Of a stretch of 64,000 nucleotides of DNA, positions 38,859-49,279 are shown piece after piece. The stretch is from an uncultured Holophagales bacterium (GTDB taxonomy: Bacteria; Acidobacteriota; Thermoanaerobaculia; Multivoradales; UBA5704), in assembly GCA_963842525.1 (NCBI GenBank), contig CAWJGT010000003.1:1120001-1184000 (forward strand), written 5' to 3'. Every line of letters starts with the position of its first letter. The first letter of the stretch is position 1. Both the position numbers and the translations under genes were made by a program. A model generated the notes under the pieces. That model saw only the letters and a list, made by a program, of their open reading frames with translations. It ran no database searches and had not been told where the DNA came from.

Positions 38859-40279
38859 TCCGGAAGGCGCGGCTTGCCGCGCTCCTCACGTTGGGCTTCC
38901 TGGGCGGCGCCGCCTGCGCGCCGCCCGCTCCGACCGCCGCACCGCCGGCCCCGGCACCAGGCCTCAGCGGAGAAGCGCTCCTCGACGACCTCCAGGAGCG
39001 GACGTTCCGCTGGTTCTGGGACCTGACCAACTCTGAGAACGGTCTGGTTCCGGACCGCTGGCCTACCCGCTCTTTTTCGAGCGTCGCCGCGGTCGGCTTC
39101 GGCCTGACCGCCTATCCGGTCGGCGCCGAGAGAGGGTGGATTACGCGCGAGCAGGCCCGCGACCGGGTGCTCACCACGTTGCGCTTCCTGGCCAACGCGC
39201 CGCAGGGCCCCGAGCCCGCGGGCAAGACGGCCTATAAAGGTTTCTTCTACCACTTCCTGGACATGAAGACCGGGGCCCGCTTCGAGCGGGTCGAGCTGTC
39301 CACCATCGACACCACCCTGCTCCTGGCGGGCGCCCTCTTCTGCCAGTCCTATTTCGATCGCAACGATCCCGGCGAGGCGGAAATCCGCTCGCTCGCCGAG
39401 GACCTCTACCGGCGCGCGGACTGGACCTGGATCCAGCCGCGGGCTCCGCTGGTCTCCATGGGCTGGACTCCCGAGCAGGGGTTCCATACCTATGATTGGC
39501 GCGGCTACAACGAGGCCATGATCCTCTACGTCCTCGCCCTGGGATCGCCGACCCATCCGATCGAACCGGCGGCCTGGGAGGAGTGGACCCGCACCTATCG
39601 GTGGGGGACCTTCCATGGCCAGGAGCACGTGAATTTCGCGCCTCTCTTCGGACATCAGTATTCACACGTATGGATCGATTTTCGCGGCATCCGCGACGCC
39701 TACATGCGAGGCCGGGGCATCGACTATTTCGAGAATGCGCGCCGCGCCACCCTGTCGCAGAGCGCCTATGCCATCGCCAACCCGGGCGGCTTTCGCGGCT
39801 ATGGCGAGAACGTCTGGGGGCTCACCGCCTGCGACGGTCCGCTGGACGCCGACCTCACGATCGATGGAAAGAAAATCCATTTCATGACTTATGCGGCGCG
39901 CGGCGCGGCCCTGGGCGAGATCCGCGACGACGGCACGATCGCGCCCACCGCCGCCGCCTCTTCTATCGCGTTCGCGCCCGAGGTCGTCGTGCCGGCGATC
40001 GAAGAGATGCGCCGCCGCTGGGGCGAGCATCTCTTCACCAAGTATGGCTTCCTCGACTCGTTCAATCCGACGCTCGACGTCGCGAGGCCCACGCAGCACG
40101 GCCGGGTGGTGCCCGGAGTGGGCTGGTTCAACGGCGACTATCTCGGCATCGACCAGGGGCCGATCGTGGCGATGATCGAAAACCACCGCAGCGGCCTGAT
40201 CTGGAAGGTGATGCGCGGGAATCCCCATATTGTGCGTGGCCTGCGCCGCGCCGGCTTCACGGGTGGATGGCTGGAGTGA
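38855..40279 (+). CDS. Lipoprotein GH144-like endo-beta-1,2-glucanase (glucoamylase-like family); start approximate
   Basis: Lipobox GAAC; NGLVPDR, ELSTIDT, GYNEAMILY, PLFGHQYSH, WGLTACD, DDGTIAPTA, YLGIDQGP. Confidence 0.85.
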   Translation: MIRKARLAALLTLGFLGGAACAPPAPTAAPPAPAPGLSGEALLDDLQERTFRWFWDLTNSENGLVPDRWPTRSFSSVAAVGFGLTAYPVGAERGWITREQARDRVLTTLRFLANAPQGPEPAGKTAYKGFFYHFLDMKTGARFERVELSTIDTTLLLAGALFCQSYFDRNDPGEAEIRSLAEDLYRRADWTWIQPRAPLVSMGWTPEQGFHTYDWRGYNEAMILYVLALGSPTHPIEPAAWEEWTRTYRWGTFHGQEHVNFAPLFGHQYSHVWIDFRGIRDAYMRGRGIDYFENARRATLSQSAYAIANPGGFRGYGENVWGLTACDGPLDADLTIDGKKIHFMTYAARGAALGEIRDDGTIAPTAAASSIAFAPEVVVPAIEEMRRRWGEHLFTKYGFLDSFNPTLDVARPTQHGRVVPGVGWFNGDYLGIDQGPIVAMIENHRSGLIWKVMRGNPHIVRGLRRAGFTGGWLE

Positions 40280-41562
40280 GGGCTGCGCTGGCCTGCGGGC
40301 TCCTGGCGGTGCTCGCCACGGCCTGCAATAGCGGCCAGGCGGATGAGCGCACCACGGTCCGCTTCTGGGCCTTCGGCCGCGAAGGAGAGGTGGTGCGCGA
40401 GTTGGTGCCGGAGTTCGAGCGGAGGCATCCCGAGATCCGGGTAGAGGTGCAACAGGTCCCCTGGTCGGCCGCTCATGAAAAGCTGCTCACCGCCTACGTG
40501 GGTAATGCCACGCCCGATGCCGCCCAGCTCGGCAACACCTGGATCCCCGAGCTTGTCTCGCTGCGCGCCCTGGCGCCTCTCGGCGCGCGGGTCGCGCACT
40601 CCGCAACAGTGCGCGGCGATTTCTTTCCGGGCATCTGGGACACCAATGTGATCGATAACGAGACCTGGGGGGTCCCCTGGTATGTCGACACGCGCCTGCT
40701 TTTCTATCGGACCGACTTGGTGGCGGACGCTGGCGCGCCGTGGCCGCCGCGGAGTTGGGCCGAGTGGCGCGAAGCCATGGTGCGCATCAAACAGCGCGGC
40801 GGGCCCGATCGTTTTGCCATTCTGCTGCCCATCGACGAATGGCAGCAGCCGGTGATCTTCGGCCTGCAGGCGGGCGCCGGTCTCCTGGACAAGGAAGGCC
40901 GGCACGGCGCCTTCCGCGATCCGCGTTTCCGCGAGGCCATGGCCTTCTACATCGACCTCTACAAGAGCGGCCTCGCCCCGGCCCTCGACCTGCAAGGCGT
41001 TGCCAACATGTACCAGCAGCTCGCCGAGGGATATTTCGCGATGGTGATCACCGGCCCGTGGAACCTCGGCGAATTCAGGAACCGCCTGCCGGCAGACATG
41101 CAGGACCGCTGGGCCACGGCGCCGCTGCCACCGCCCGAGGAGGGGATGCCCTATCCAAGCGCCTCGCTCGCGGGCGGCTCGAGCCTCGTCCTCTTCCGGC
41201 GCGCCAAGTCGCCGGACGCGGCGTGGCGATGGCTGGAATACCTTTCTGAGCCGGTGCAGCAGGCGCGTTTCTACGAGCTGTCGGGAGACCTGCCGGCCCG
41301 GCCCTCAGCGTGGAAGCTGGCTGGGCTCGCCACGGACCCCAGGGCCGCGTCGTTCCTGGCCCAGCTCGAACGAGCGGTCTCGACCCCGAAGGTGCCGGAG
41401 TGGGAACGAATCGCCACCCGGGTGGCCGAAGCCGCCGAGCAGGTGATGCGCGGCAACCGGGACCTCGACGAGGCGCTCGCCGCCCTTGACGCCGATGTCG
41501 ACCGGATGCTCGAAAAGCGGCGCTGGCTGCTCGATCGCGCCGCGGAGGAGAAGAGGCCGTGA
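40276..41562 (+). CDS. Sugar ABC transporter substrate-binding lipoprotein
   Basis: Lipobox LATAC; AHEKLLTA, GVPWYVDTRLLFYRTD, ITGPW. Confidence 0.92.
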   Translation: MRAALACGLLAVLATACNSGQADERTTVRFWAFGREGEVVRELVPEFERRHPEIRVEVQQVPWSAAHEKLLTAYVGNATPDAAQLGNTWIPELVSLRALAPLGARVAHSATVRGDFFPGIWDTNVIDNETWGVPWYVDTRLLFYRTDLVADAGAPWPPRSWAEWREAMVRIKQRGGPDRFAILLPIDEWQQPVIFGLQAGAGLLDKEGRHGAFRDPRFREAMAFYIDLYKSGLAPALDLQGVANMYQQLAEGYFAMVITGPWNLGEFRNRLPADMQDRWATAPLPPPEEGMPYPSASLAGGSSLVLFRRAKSPDAAWRWLEYLSEPVQQARFYELSGDLPARPSAWKLAGLATDPRAASFLAQLERAVSTPKVPEWERIATRVAEAAEQVMRGNRDLDEALAALDADVDRMLEKRRWLLDRAAEEKRP

Positions 41563-42467
41563 CTCCGGAGGCAATGGAGGAGCGGCGCGGCTCGCGGGCG
41601 GAGCGGCGGGCGGCCTGGATGCTGCTCTCTCCCGCCCTGGGCGCCATCGCCCTGTTTTTCGCCCTGCCGCTCGTCGCGGCGCTCTTCCTGTCGCTCACCG
41701 ACTTCGACATCTATGCCGTGGCCGACCCGAAAAACGCCCGCTTCGTCGGCCTGGAGAACTACCTCCGGCTGCTCCAGGACCCGCTGTTCTGGCGGGTGCT
41801 CCGCAACACTGTCGTCTTCGTCGTGATCGGCGTACCGTTGACGCTGGCGCTGGCCCTCGGCGGCGCGCTGCTGGTGAGCTCGAAGCTGGCGCGGTTCCGC
41901 GGCATTTTCCGCACGATCTATTTCGCGCCGATGGTCACCACCCTCGTAGCCGTGGCCATCGTCTTTCGCTACCTGTACCACCCGCGCTATGGCCTCATCA
42001 ACCAGATGCTGGGCCTCATCGGCCTACCGCCCATCGACTGGCTCGGCAATCCGGCCTGGGCGACGGTGGCGATCACCCTGCTCGCGGTCTGGCGCAGCTT
42101 CGGCTATGCCCTGGTCATCTACGTGGCCGGGCTCCAGACCATCCCCGAGTCGCTCTACGAGGCCGCGCAGCTCGACGGCGCGGGCCCGTGGCGGCAGCTC
42201 CGGGACATCACCCTGCCGCTGCTGATGCCGACCACCCTCTTCGTGGGAGTAATCACGACCGTGAGCCTGTTCCAGATCTTCGCCGAGCCGTACGTGATGA
42301 CCCGCGGTGGCCCGCTCTACGCGACGACATCGATCACACTCCTGATGTATCAGCAAGGATTCCGCTGGTGGAACCTCGGCCACGCGGCGGCCATTGCCTT
42401 CGTGTTGTTCGCGATGATCATCGGCGCCACCGGCCTCCAGGCGGCGTTCCGGAGGTGGAGAGAATGA
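41559..42467 (+). CDS. Sugar ABC transporter permease
   Basis: FVGLENY, LQTIPESLYEAAQLDGAG EAA motif. Confidence 0.95.
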   Translation: MTPEAMEERRGSRAERRAAWMLLSPALGAIALFFALPLVAALFLSLTDFDIYAVADPKNARFVGLENYLRLLQDPLFWRVLRNTVVFVVIGVPLTLALALGGALLVSSKLARFRGIFRTIYFAPMVTTLVAVAIVFRYLYHPRYGLINQMLGLIGLPPIDWLGNPAWATVAITLLAVWRSFGYALVIYVAGLQTIPESLYEAAQLDGAGPWRQLRDITLPLLMPTTLFVGVITTVSLFQIFAEPYVMTRGGPLYATTSITLLMYQQGFRWWNLGHAAAIAFVLFAMIIGATGLQAAFRRWRE

Positions 42468-43288
42468 CCCGCCGCCGGATCGCAATGCTGGCCGTCAATG
42501 GCACGCTGCTGCTCCTCGCGCTGCTCACCGCTCTGCCTCTGCTATGGATGGTCTCGGCGTCGCTGATGCCCGCGGGCGAGGCCATGACCCTGCCGGTGCG
42601 TCTGCTGCCGTCGCGGCCGACCCTGGAGCACTACGAGACGCTTTTCTCGCGCCTCGCCCTCGGCCGGACCCTCGCCAACACCCTGTTCCTGTCGACGAGC
42701 ATCATGGTCGTCTCGCTGCTCTGCAATTCGATGGCGGGGTATGCCTTCGCCAAGCTGCGCTTCCGCGGACGCGGGAAGCTTTTTGCGATTTTGCTGGCGA
42801 CCCTGATCGTGCCGCCGCAGGTCACCGTGCTGCCGCTCTTCCTGGAGATCCGTGCGCTCGGCCTCGTCAATTCCTTTGGCGGCGTGATCGTAGCGGCGAT
42901 CGCCACTGTTTTCGGCATCTTTCTGATCCGACAATTCGCCCTGGGCATCCCCGACGAGCTGCTCGACGCGGCGCGCCTGGAGGGCGCCTCGGAGCTCCGC
43001 ATCTACTGGACGATCGTTCTGCCGCTGCTGCGGCCGATCCTCGTCACCTTGGGTGTGTTCACATTTCTCACCGCCTGGAACGACTTCATGTGGCCCCTCA
43101 CCGTGCTGACCGACGAGAACAAATACACCCTGCCGGTCGCGCTTGCCAACCTGTCGGGCGAGCACGTGCAGGACACCGAGCTGATGATGGCGGGAGCGGT
43201 GGTCACGGTGCTGCCGGCGCTGCTCCTCTTCCTGGCGGTGCAGCGGTCGTATATCGAGGGCATCCTGATGGGGAGCGTCAAGGAGTGA
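42464..43288 (+). CDS. Sugar ABC transporter permease
   Basis: MAGYAFAK, IPDELLDAARLEGASE, WNDFMWP. Confidence 0.95.
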   Translation: MTRRRIAMLAVNGTLLLLALLTALPLLWMVSASLMPAGEAMTLPVRLLPSRPTLEHYETLFSRLALGRTLANTLFLSTSIMVVSLLCNSMAGYAFAKLRFRGRGKLFAILLATLIVPPQVTVLPLFLEIRALGLVNSFGGVIVAAIATVFGIFLIRQFALGIPDELLDAARLEGASELRIYWTIVLPLLRPILVTLGVFTFLTAWNDFMWPLTVLTDENKYTLPVALANLSGEHVQDTELMMAGAVVTVLPALLLFLAVQRSYIEGILMGSVKE

Positions 43289-43290
43289 GG

Positions 43291-43454
43291 CCTCACCCCC
43301 TAGCCCCCTCTCCCATCTCCCGCCCGCCCTGTCCCCGGGAGAGGGGGGACGTTGTTGATGCCTGTGTGGCGAGCTCGCGGAACGGCTCCGGACGCGTTCC
43401 CCCTCTCCCGGCGGGGGGTGGAGGGGAGATGGGAGAGGGGGCTAGGGGGTGAGG
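43291..43454. repeat. REP/MITE-like element, family A (164 bp)
   Basis: Terminal IRs CCTCACCCCCTAGCCCCCTCTCCCATCTCCC; right IR contains the GTG start of the next gene. Confidence 0.88.
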
Positions 43455-46400
43455 TTCTTCATTCTCTGCGCTGTTCTCCTCCTCCTGGGAGCCGCGGAGG
43501 CATCCACCCGGGTCCTCGACGATTTCGAGGACATCGCAGGCTGGAAGAGCACTCCGTCCGACGGTGTCTCGCTGACCCTTTCGCAAGCCGAGGGGACGAG
43601 CGGCCGCGCGTTGCGCCTGGATTTCGATTTCCACGGCGGCGCGGGCTATGCCGTGGCCCGCCAGGAGCTGCCGTTCGAGCTGCCGGAGAATTACGAGATC
43701 TCTTTCCAGGTGCGCGCCGAGGCGCCGATCAACAATTTCGAGGTGAAGCTGATCGATCCCACGAACCAGAACGTCTGGTGGGTCAACCGGCAGCGCTTCG
43801 AGTTTCCGCGCGAATGGACCAGGATCCGCCTGAAGAAACGGCACATCCAGTTCGCCTGGGGACCTGCCGGAGGCGGCGAGATCCGCAAGGTGGCGGCCCT
43901 GGAATTCGCAATCACGGCCGGCACCGGCGGCAAGGGGACCGTGCTCCTCGACGAGTTGACGTTGCGCGAGCTGCCGCCGGCGCATCCATACGACCGCACG
44001 CCGACCGTGACCTCTGGCCCCGGCTGGACCGCCTGGGACTTCCTGGAAGACCTCGAATACGGCGGTCTGGTGATCGATTGGGAGCAGGGAGCCGCCGCAG
44101 CCCGCTATGCCGTCGAGATTTCGGATGACGGAAAAACATGGAAGACGCTGCGCCAGGTCGAAGGCGGCAACGGCGGCCGGGATTACCTTTACACTCCCGA
44201 GATCGAATCGCGCCATCTGCGCCTGCGGCTCCTGGACGGCCCAGGAAAAATCAAGAACCTCGACGTCAAGCCGCTCGATTGGGCACCCACCATCAACGCC
44301 TTTTTCGAGATGATCGCGAAGGACGCCCCGCGAGGCTCCTATCCCCGCGCCTTCTCCGGAGAGCAGGCCTACTGGACCGTCGTCGGCCTCGACGGCGACA
44401 ACGAGGAGGGGTTGCTCGGCGAGGACGGCGCCCTGGAAGTGGGGCAGGGGGCCTTCTCGATCGAGCCCGTCCTCTTCCTGGATGGCGAATTGATCACCTG
44501 GAGCGGCGTCGAGACGGCGCAGAGCTTGGCAGAGGGATACCTGCCGATTCCCACCGTCACCTGGACGCGCGGCAATCTCTCCCTGGAGGTCACCGCCTTC
44601 GCCTCAGGCTCCGGATTATCAGCCCGCTATCGTGTCCGTAATCAAGGCGCTGCTGCGAAGCGCCTGCGCCTCTTTCTGGCCCTTCGTCCTTTCCAGGTGA
44701 ACCCGCCCACGCAGTTCCTCAATCAACCGGGCGGTGTCTCGTCCATCCGCGAGATCGCCTGGGACGGCCATCGCGCCGTAATCAATGGCGAGAGGATTGT
44801 GATCCCAGAAAGCCGGCCCGATGCCTTCGGCGTCACCACATTTGACGGCGGCGAAATCGTCGAGCACCTGCGGCAAGGGAAGCTCCCCGCTGTGTCTTCG
44901 ATCACCGATCCATTCGGCTACGCCTCGGGAGCCTTGGCCTGGGACTTCGATGTGCCACAGGGCGGAGAACGAAGCGTGGATATTACTGTGTCATTTGGCA
45001 CGGGAAAGGCCCCAGAGGGGCCACGGCATGTAGCCCGGGGTCAGAGCGACGAAGGAGCGGCGACCCCGGGTGGAGAAACGGATGATATTCCCAAGCCCCA
45101 GAGGGGCGGCGGCACATTCGGCCGGGCACGGGTTTGCTGCCGCCCCTCCGGGGCTTGGGGAAAAAATTGGTACCTCCTTACCCGGGGTCGCCGCTCCTTC
45201 GTCGCTTTGACCCCGGGCTACACGCCTGAGCCTCTCCGAGGCTCTTTCATACAACAACCGGGGGAACCTGGCCAATCAGCTATGCCTTGGAACGGTTTTC
45301 TCCCCTCTCCCGGGGGAAGGGGGGGCGATGGGAGAGGGACCGGGGGTGAGGGGCCGGCCGCCTATTGGCACAAACGCCTCGACCGCGTCGAGATCGATCT
45401 CCCACCCGCCGCGGTCCCCCTCGTCCACACCTTCAAGACATCCATCGCCCATATCCTGATCAATCGCGACGGCCCTGCCATCCAGCCAGGCTCCCGCGCG
45501 TACGCCCGTACCTGGATACGTGACGGCTCGCTGACCTCTTCGGCCCTGCTGCGCGCCGGTCATTCTGAAGAGGCCCGTGACCTCATCCTCTGGTACGCGC
45601 CATACCAGTTTGCGAACGGCAAGGTCCCTTGCTGCGTGGACGCCCGCGGCGCCGATCCCGTGCCCGAGAACGACAGCCACGGCGAGCTTATCTTCCTGAT
45701 CGCCGAATACTGGCGCTTCACACGCGACCGCGCGACGGTGGAGAAGGTCTGGCCGCATGTCGAGAAGGCTGTGGCCTACATCGACGAGCTGCGCAGCCAG
45801 CGCCGCACCGGCGAATACCGGCAGGCCGACAAACGCAAGTATTTTGGCCTTCTCCCCGAATCGATCAGCCACGAAGGCTACTCGGCTCGTCCCGTTCACT
45901 CGTACTGGGACGACTTCTTCGCCTTGAAGGGCCTGAAGGACGCGGTGGACCTCGCCCAGGTTCTTGGGAAAAAGAACGAAGCCACCCGCTGGGCCGCGAT
46001 TCGCGACGAATTCCGTGCGGATCTCTACGCTTCGCTCGACCGAGTGATCTCCGAGGCCAGGATCGAATACATCCCCGGCTCCGCCGAGCTGGCCGATTTC
46101 GACGCCACCTCCACGACCACCGCCATCAGCCCCGGCGGCGAGCTCGAGCACCTGCCGCGGCCCGCGCTGGAACAGACGTTCGAGCGCTATTGGCGGGAAT
46201 TCGTGCGGCGCAGGACCGCCACCGACTGGGAGGGCTACACCCCCTACGAGCTGCGCGTCGTGGGCACTTTCGTGCGCCTCGGCTGGAAGGACCGCGCCCA
46301 CGAGCTGCTCGAATTTTTCATGAAAGACCGGCGGCCCCCGGGCTGGAACCAGTGGCCCGAGGTGGTGCGCCGCGACCCGCGCGCTCCCGGCTTCCAGGGC

Positions 46401-46919
46401 GACCTCCCGCACACCTGGGTCGCCTCGGACTTCATGCGCTCGTTCCTCGACCTCTTCGCCTACGAGCGCGACTCCGACCAGGCGCTCGTCCTCGGCGCGG
46501 GAGTGCCGGCGGAGTGGCTCGCGCGGCCGGAAGGGATCGCCGTGCGCAACCTGGCCACGCCGTGGGGGCCCCTGAGTTTCACATTGACCCGCCACGGAAA
46601 AGGCGTCCGATATTCGATCGCGAGCGGCACCGAGATCCCGCCCGGAGGCATCGTGCTCACCTGGCCCCTCGAGGGACAGCCGGCGGGAGGCCCGGTGGTC
46701 GTGCGGCGTCTGCCGGCCACGGTCGATCTGGACGGGGCGGCCCCTCACCCCCGGCCCCTCTCCCATCGCCCCCCCTTCCCCCGGGAGAGGGGAGAAAGAC
46801 TTTCCACGCACCCGGTCCCTTCTTTATCTGTCTTTTTCCCCCCTCTCCCGGTCGGTGGGGGGGCGATGGGAGAGGGGGGCCAGGGGGGTGAGGGGTCCGC
46901 CGGTGGAGGGGCGCCATGA
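43449..46919 (+). CDS. Secreted multidomain glycoside hydrolase: CBM/discoidin-like domains + six-hairpin glycosidase-like domain
   Basis: Signal peptide; YAVEISDDGKTW; GSRAYARTWIRDG, ENDSHGE, PESISHEGY, HSYWDD, GDLPHTW. Confidence 0.82.
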   Translation: MRFFILCAVLLLLGAAEASTRVLDDFEDIAGWKSTPSDGVSLTLSQAEGTSGRALRLDFDFHGGAGYAVARQELPFELPENYEISFQVRAEAPINNFEVKLIDPTNQNVWWVNRQRFEFPREWTRIRLKKRHIQFAWGPAGGGEIRKVAALEFAITAGTGGKGTVLLDELTLRELPPAHPYDRTPTVTSGPGWTAWDFLEDLEYGGLVIDWEQGAAAARYAVEISDDGKTWKTLRQVEGGNGGRDYLYTPEIESRHLRLRLLDGPGKIKNLDVKPLDWAPTINAFFEMIAKDAPRGSYPRAFSGEQAYWTVVGLDGDNEEGLLGEDGALEVGQGAFSIEPVLFLDGELITWSGVETAQSLAEGYLPIPTVTWTRGNLSLEVTAFASGSGLSARYRVRNQGAAAKRLRLFLALRPFQVNPPTQFLNQPGGVSSIREIAWDGHRAVINGERIVIPESRPDAFGVTTFDGGEIVEHLRQGKLPAVSSITDPFGYASGALAWDFDVPQGGERSVDITVSFGTGKAPEGPRHVARGQSDEGAATPGGETDDIPKPQRGGGTFGRARVCCRPSGAWGKNWYLLTRGRRSFVALTPGYTPEPLRGSFIQQPGEPGQSAMPWNGFLPSPGGRGGDGRGTGGEGPAAYWHKRLDRVEIDLPPAAVPLVHTFKTSIAHILINRDGPAIQPGSRAYARTWIRDGSLTSSALLRAGHSEEARDLILWYAPYQFANGKVPCCVDARGADPVPENDSHGELIFLIAEYWRFTRDRATVEKVWPHVEKAVAYIDELRSQRRTGEYRQADKRKYFGLLPESISHEGYSARPVHSYWDDFFALKGLKDAVDLAQVLGKKNEATRWAAIRDEFRADLYASLDRVISEARIEYIPGSAELADFDATSTTTAISPGGELEHLPRPALEQTFERYWREFVRRRTATDWEGYTPYELRVVGTFVRLGWKDRAHELLEFFMKDRRPPGWNQWPEVVRRDPRAPGFQGDLPHTWVASDFMRSFLDLFAYERDSDQALVLGAGVPAEWLARPEGIAVRNLATPWGPLSFTLTRHGKGVRYSIASGTEIPPGGIVLTWPLEGQPAGGPVVVRRLPATVDLDGAAPHPRPLSHRPPFPRERGERLSTHPVPSLSVFFPPLPVGGGAMGEGGQGGEGSAGGGAP
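45009..45242. repeat. Nested long palindrome (REP family C) inside the CDS
   Basis: Arms 45029-45071/45180-45222 (42/43 complementary) and 45090-45114/45135-45159. Confidence 0.9.
45296..45353. repeat. Half family-A element inside the CDS
   Basis: Near reverse complement of 46741-46797. Confidence 0.8.
46741..46895. repeat. Family-A element forming the translated C-terminal tail of the glycosidase
   Basis: CCCCTCACCCCCGGCCCCTCTCCCATCGCCCC ... GGGGCGATGGGAGAGGGGGGCCAGGGGGGTGAGGGG. Confidence 0.85.
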
Positions 46920-49275
46920 GCCGGTACGGTCACTTTTCTGACGACGGCACCGAGTACGTGATCACCGATCCCCGGCCGCCGCGGCCCTGGATCAATATCA
47001 TTGCCAACCCGCGCGTCGGCCTCGCCGTTTCGCAGACCGGCAGCGGCTTCTCCTGGATCGACAACTCCCAGTTGGCGGTGCTCGTGCGCTGGCAGCAGGA
47101 TCTTACCGAAGACCGCTCCGGCCGTTTCCTCTATCTCTGGGACCGCGATACGGACGAGGTCTGGTCGCTCGCGCCCGCCCCCTGCTGGCCGGCCTACGAT
47201 CGCTACGCCTGCCGTCACGGGTTCGGCTATACCACCTTCGAGACCGAGCACCGCGGCCTGCGCGCGCACTGGACCCTGTCGGTCGATCCCGAGGCCACCG
47301 TCGAGCTGTGGCGGCTGCGTCTCGAAGATACCAGCGGGCGGCCGCGCCGGCTCTCCGCGGTCGCCTACCTCGAATGGAACTGCGGCGTGGCACCAGCGCC
47401 CCGGCGCGAGTTTCAAAAGCTTTTCCTGGAGACCGGCTTCGATCCTGCCGGTGTCATCACCGCCGGCAGCCACATGTGGGACCTGCCCTCGCCGCGCTGG
47501 GGGCATTGGAACCGGAGCTTCCCGTACTGGAGCGCCTTCGCGGCCACCGCGCCGGTCGCCGCGGCCGAGGGCGACAAGATGGCCTTCCTCGGCCGCTACG
47601 GCGACTGGCGGCGGCCGGCGGCCCTGAGCAGTGATGCCTCATGGCCCGCGCTCTTTGGCCGCCACTACGACCCCGTGGCCGCGTTGCGCTGCGACGTGGA
47701 CATCGCCGCTGCGGCGCGTTCGATCTCGGGTTTGTCCTGGCCACCGCCGAGGATCGCGATGAGGCTGCGGTCCTGGCCCGGCGCTTCGCCGCACCGGACC
47801 TCATGGACGCCTCCCTGGCCGCAGCCGTGGCCGGCTGGCACGACCGCCTCGCCACGCATCGCATCGAGACGCCGGAGCCGCAGCTCGACCTCCTCGCCAA
47901 CGACTGGCTGCGCTACCAGGCCATCTCAGCCCGACTCTGGGGCCGCGCGGGCTATTACCAGCAGAGTGGCGCCTATGGCTTCCGCGACCAGCTCCAGGAC
48001 TCGCAGGTCTGGCTCACCATCGAGCCGCCGCGTTGCCGGCAGCAGATCGCCCTCCACGCCGCGCACCAGTTCGCCGACGGCTCGGTCTACCACTGGTGGC
48101 ACCCGCTTTCCGAGCAGGGGCACATCACGAAGATGACCGACGACCTGCTCTGGCTCGCCTTCGTCACCGCCAACTACCTCAAGGAAACCGGCGACTTCAC
48201 CATCCTCGACGATCGCACGCCCTACCTCGACGACCCCGAGCCGCACCCGCTCCTCGACCACGTCGAACGCGCCTTCGCCCGCACCTTCGCCCGCACCGGG
48301 CCGAGGGGCCTGCCCTTCATCGGCGGAGGCGACTGGAACGACGGCCTGTCAGCGCTGGGCCTCCAGGAGCGAGGAGAGTCGGTCTGGCTCGCGCAGTTCC
48401 TCGCCGGCCTCCTGGCCGACTGGAGCGAGATCCACCGCCGCCGCGGTGATCTGGAGCGGGCGGAGGATCTCGCGGCGCGCCGGCAGGCGCTGGTGGCAGC
48501 CATCAACGGGCACGCCTGGGACGGCGGCTGGTACCGCCGCGCCACCCGCGACGACGGCACCTGGATCGGCAGCGCCGAGAACCGTGCCGGCCGCATCTTC
48601 CTCAACGCTCAGACCTGGGCAATTCTCAACGACATCGCGCCGCCGGAGCGAGCGAAAGCCTGCCTCGCCGCGGTCAAAGAGTACCTGGTGACCGAAGCGG
48701 GCTCTCTGCTCCTCGCGCCGGCCTACAACGAGCCCGACGAGACCATCGGCTACATCACCCGCTACGCCCCGGGCCTGCGGGAAAACGGCGGCATCTACAC
48801 CCACGCAGCCACCTGGGCAATCGCAGCAGCAGCGAAGATGAGGGACGCCGATCTCTTAGGCCGGCTGCTCACCGCGATCAATCCCGCCCTCAAGGACCCC
48901 GAGCGTTTCTGGGCCGAGCCCTACGTCCTACCCGGCAACATCGACGGCCCCGATTCGCCATACCCCGGCCGCGGCGGCTGGAGTTGGTACACCGGCTCCG
49001 CCGCCTGGCTGCCGCGGGTGATCGCGGAATGGGTCCTGGGCGTCCGTCCCACCTGGGAAGGCCTGCGCTTCGATCCCTGCCTGCCGCCGGGTTGGAACCG
49101 AGCTTCGATGATGCGTCCCTGGCGTGGTGCCCGGCTGCACGTCGAGATCGAACGGGTGGCGGGGATGGCTGGGGGGGAGGTGGATGTGACAGTCGATGGC
49201 GAGCCGCTTGGGGCCTGCGCCCTCGCTGAGGTTCGCGCCGGAGCGGAGGTGCGGGTCCGGGTATGCTGCGGCTGA
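46916..49275 (+). CDS. GH94 glycoside phosphorylase; frameshift near 47711
   Basis: YGHFSDDGTEYVIT..PRPWIN; YQQSGAYGFRDQLQD, GDWNDG, ESVWL, RENGGIYTH, SWYTGSA. Confidence 0.9.
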
Positions 49276-49279
49276 CGCG

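Noticed and set aside
48928-49279. C-terminal half of the 225-aa PIN ORF
   Set aside because: Antisense read-through into GH94 after truncation of the toxin
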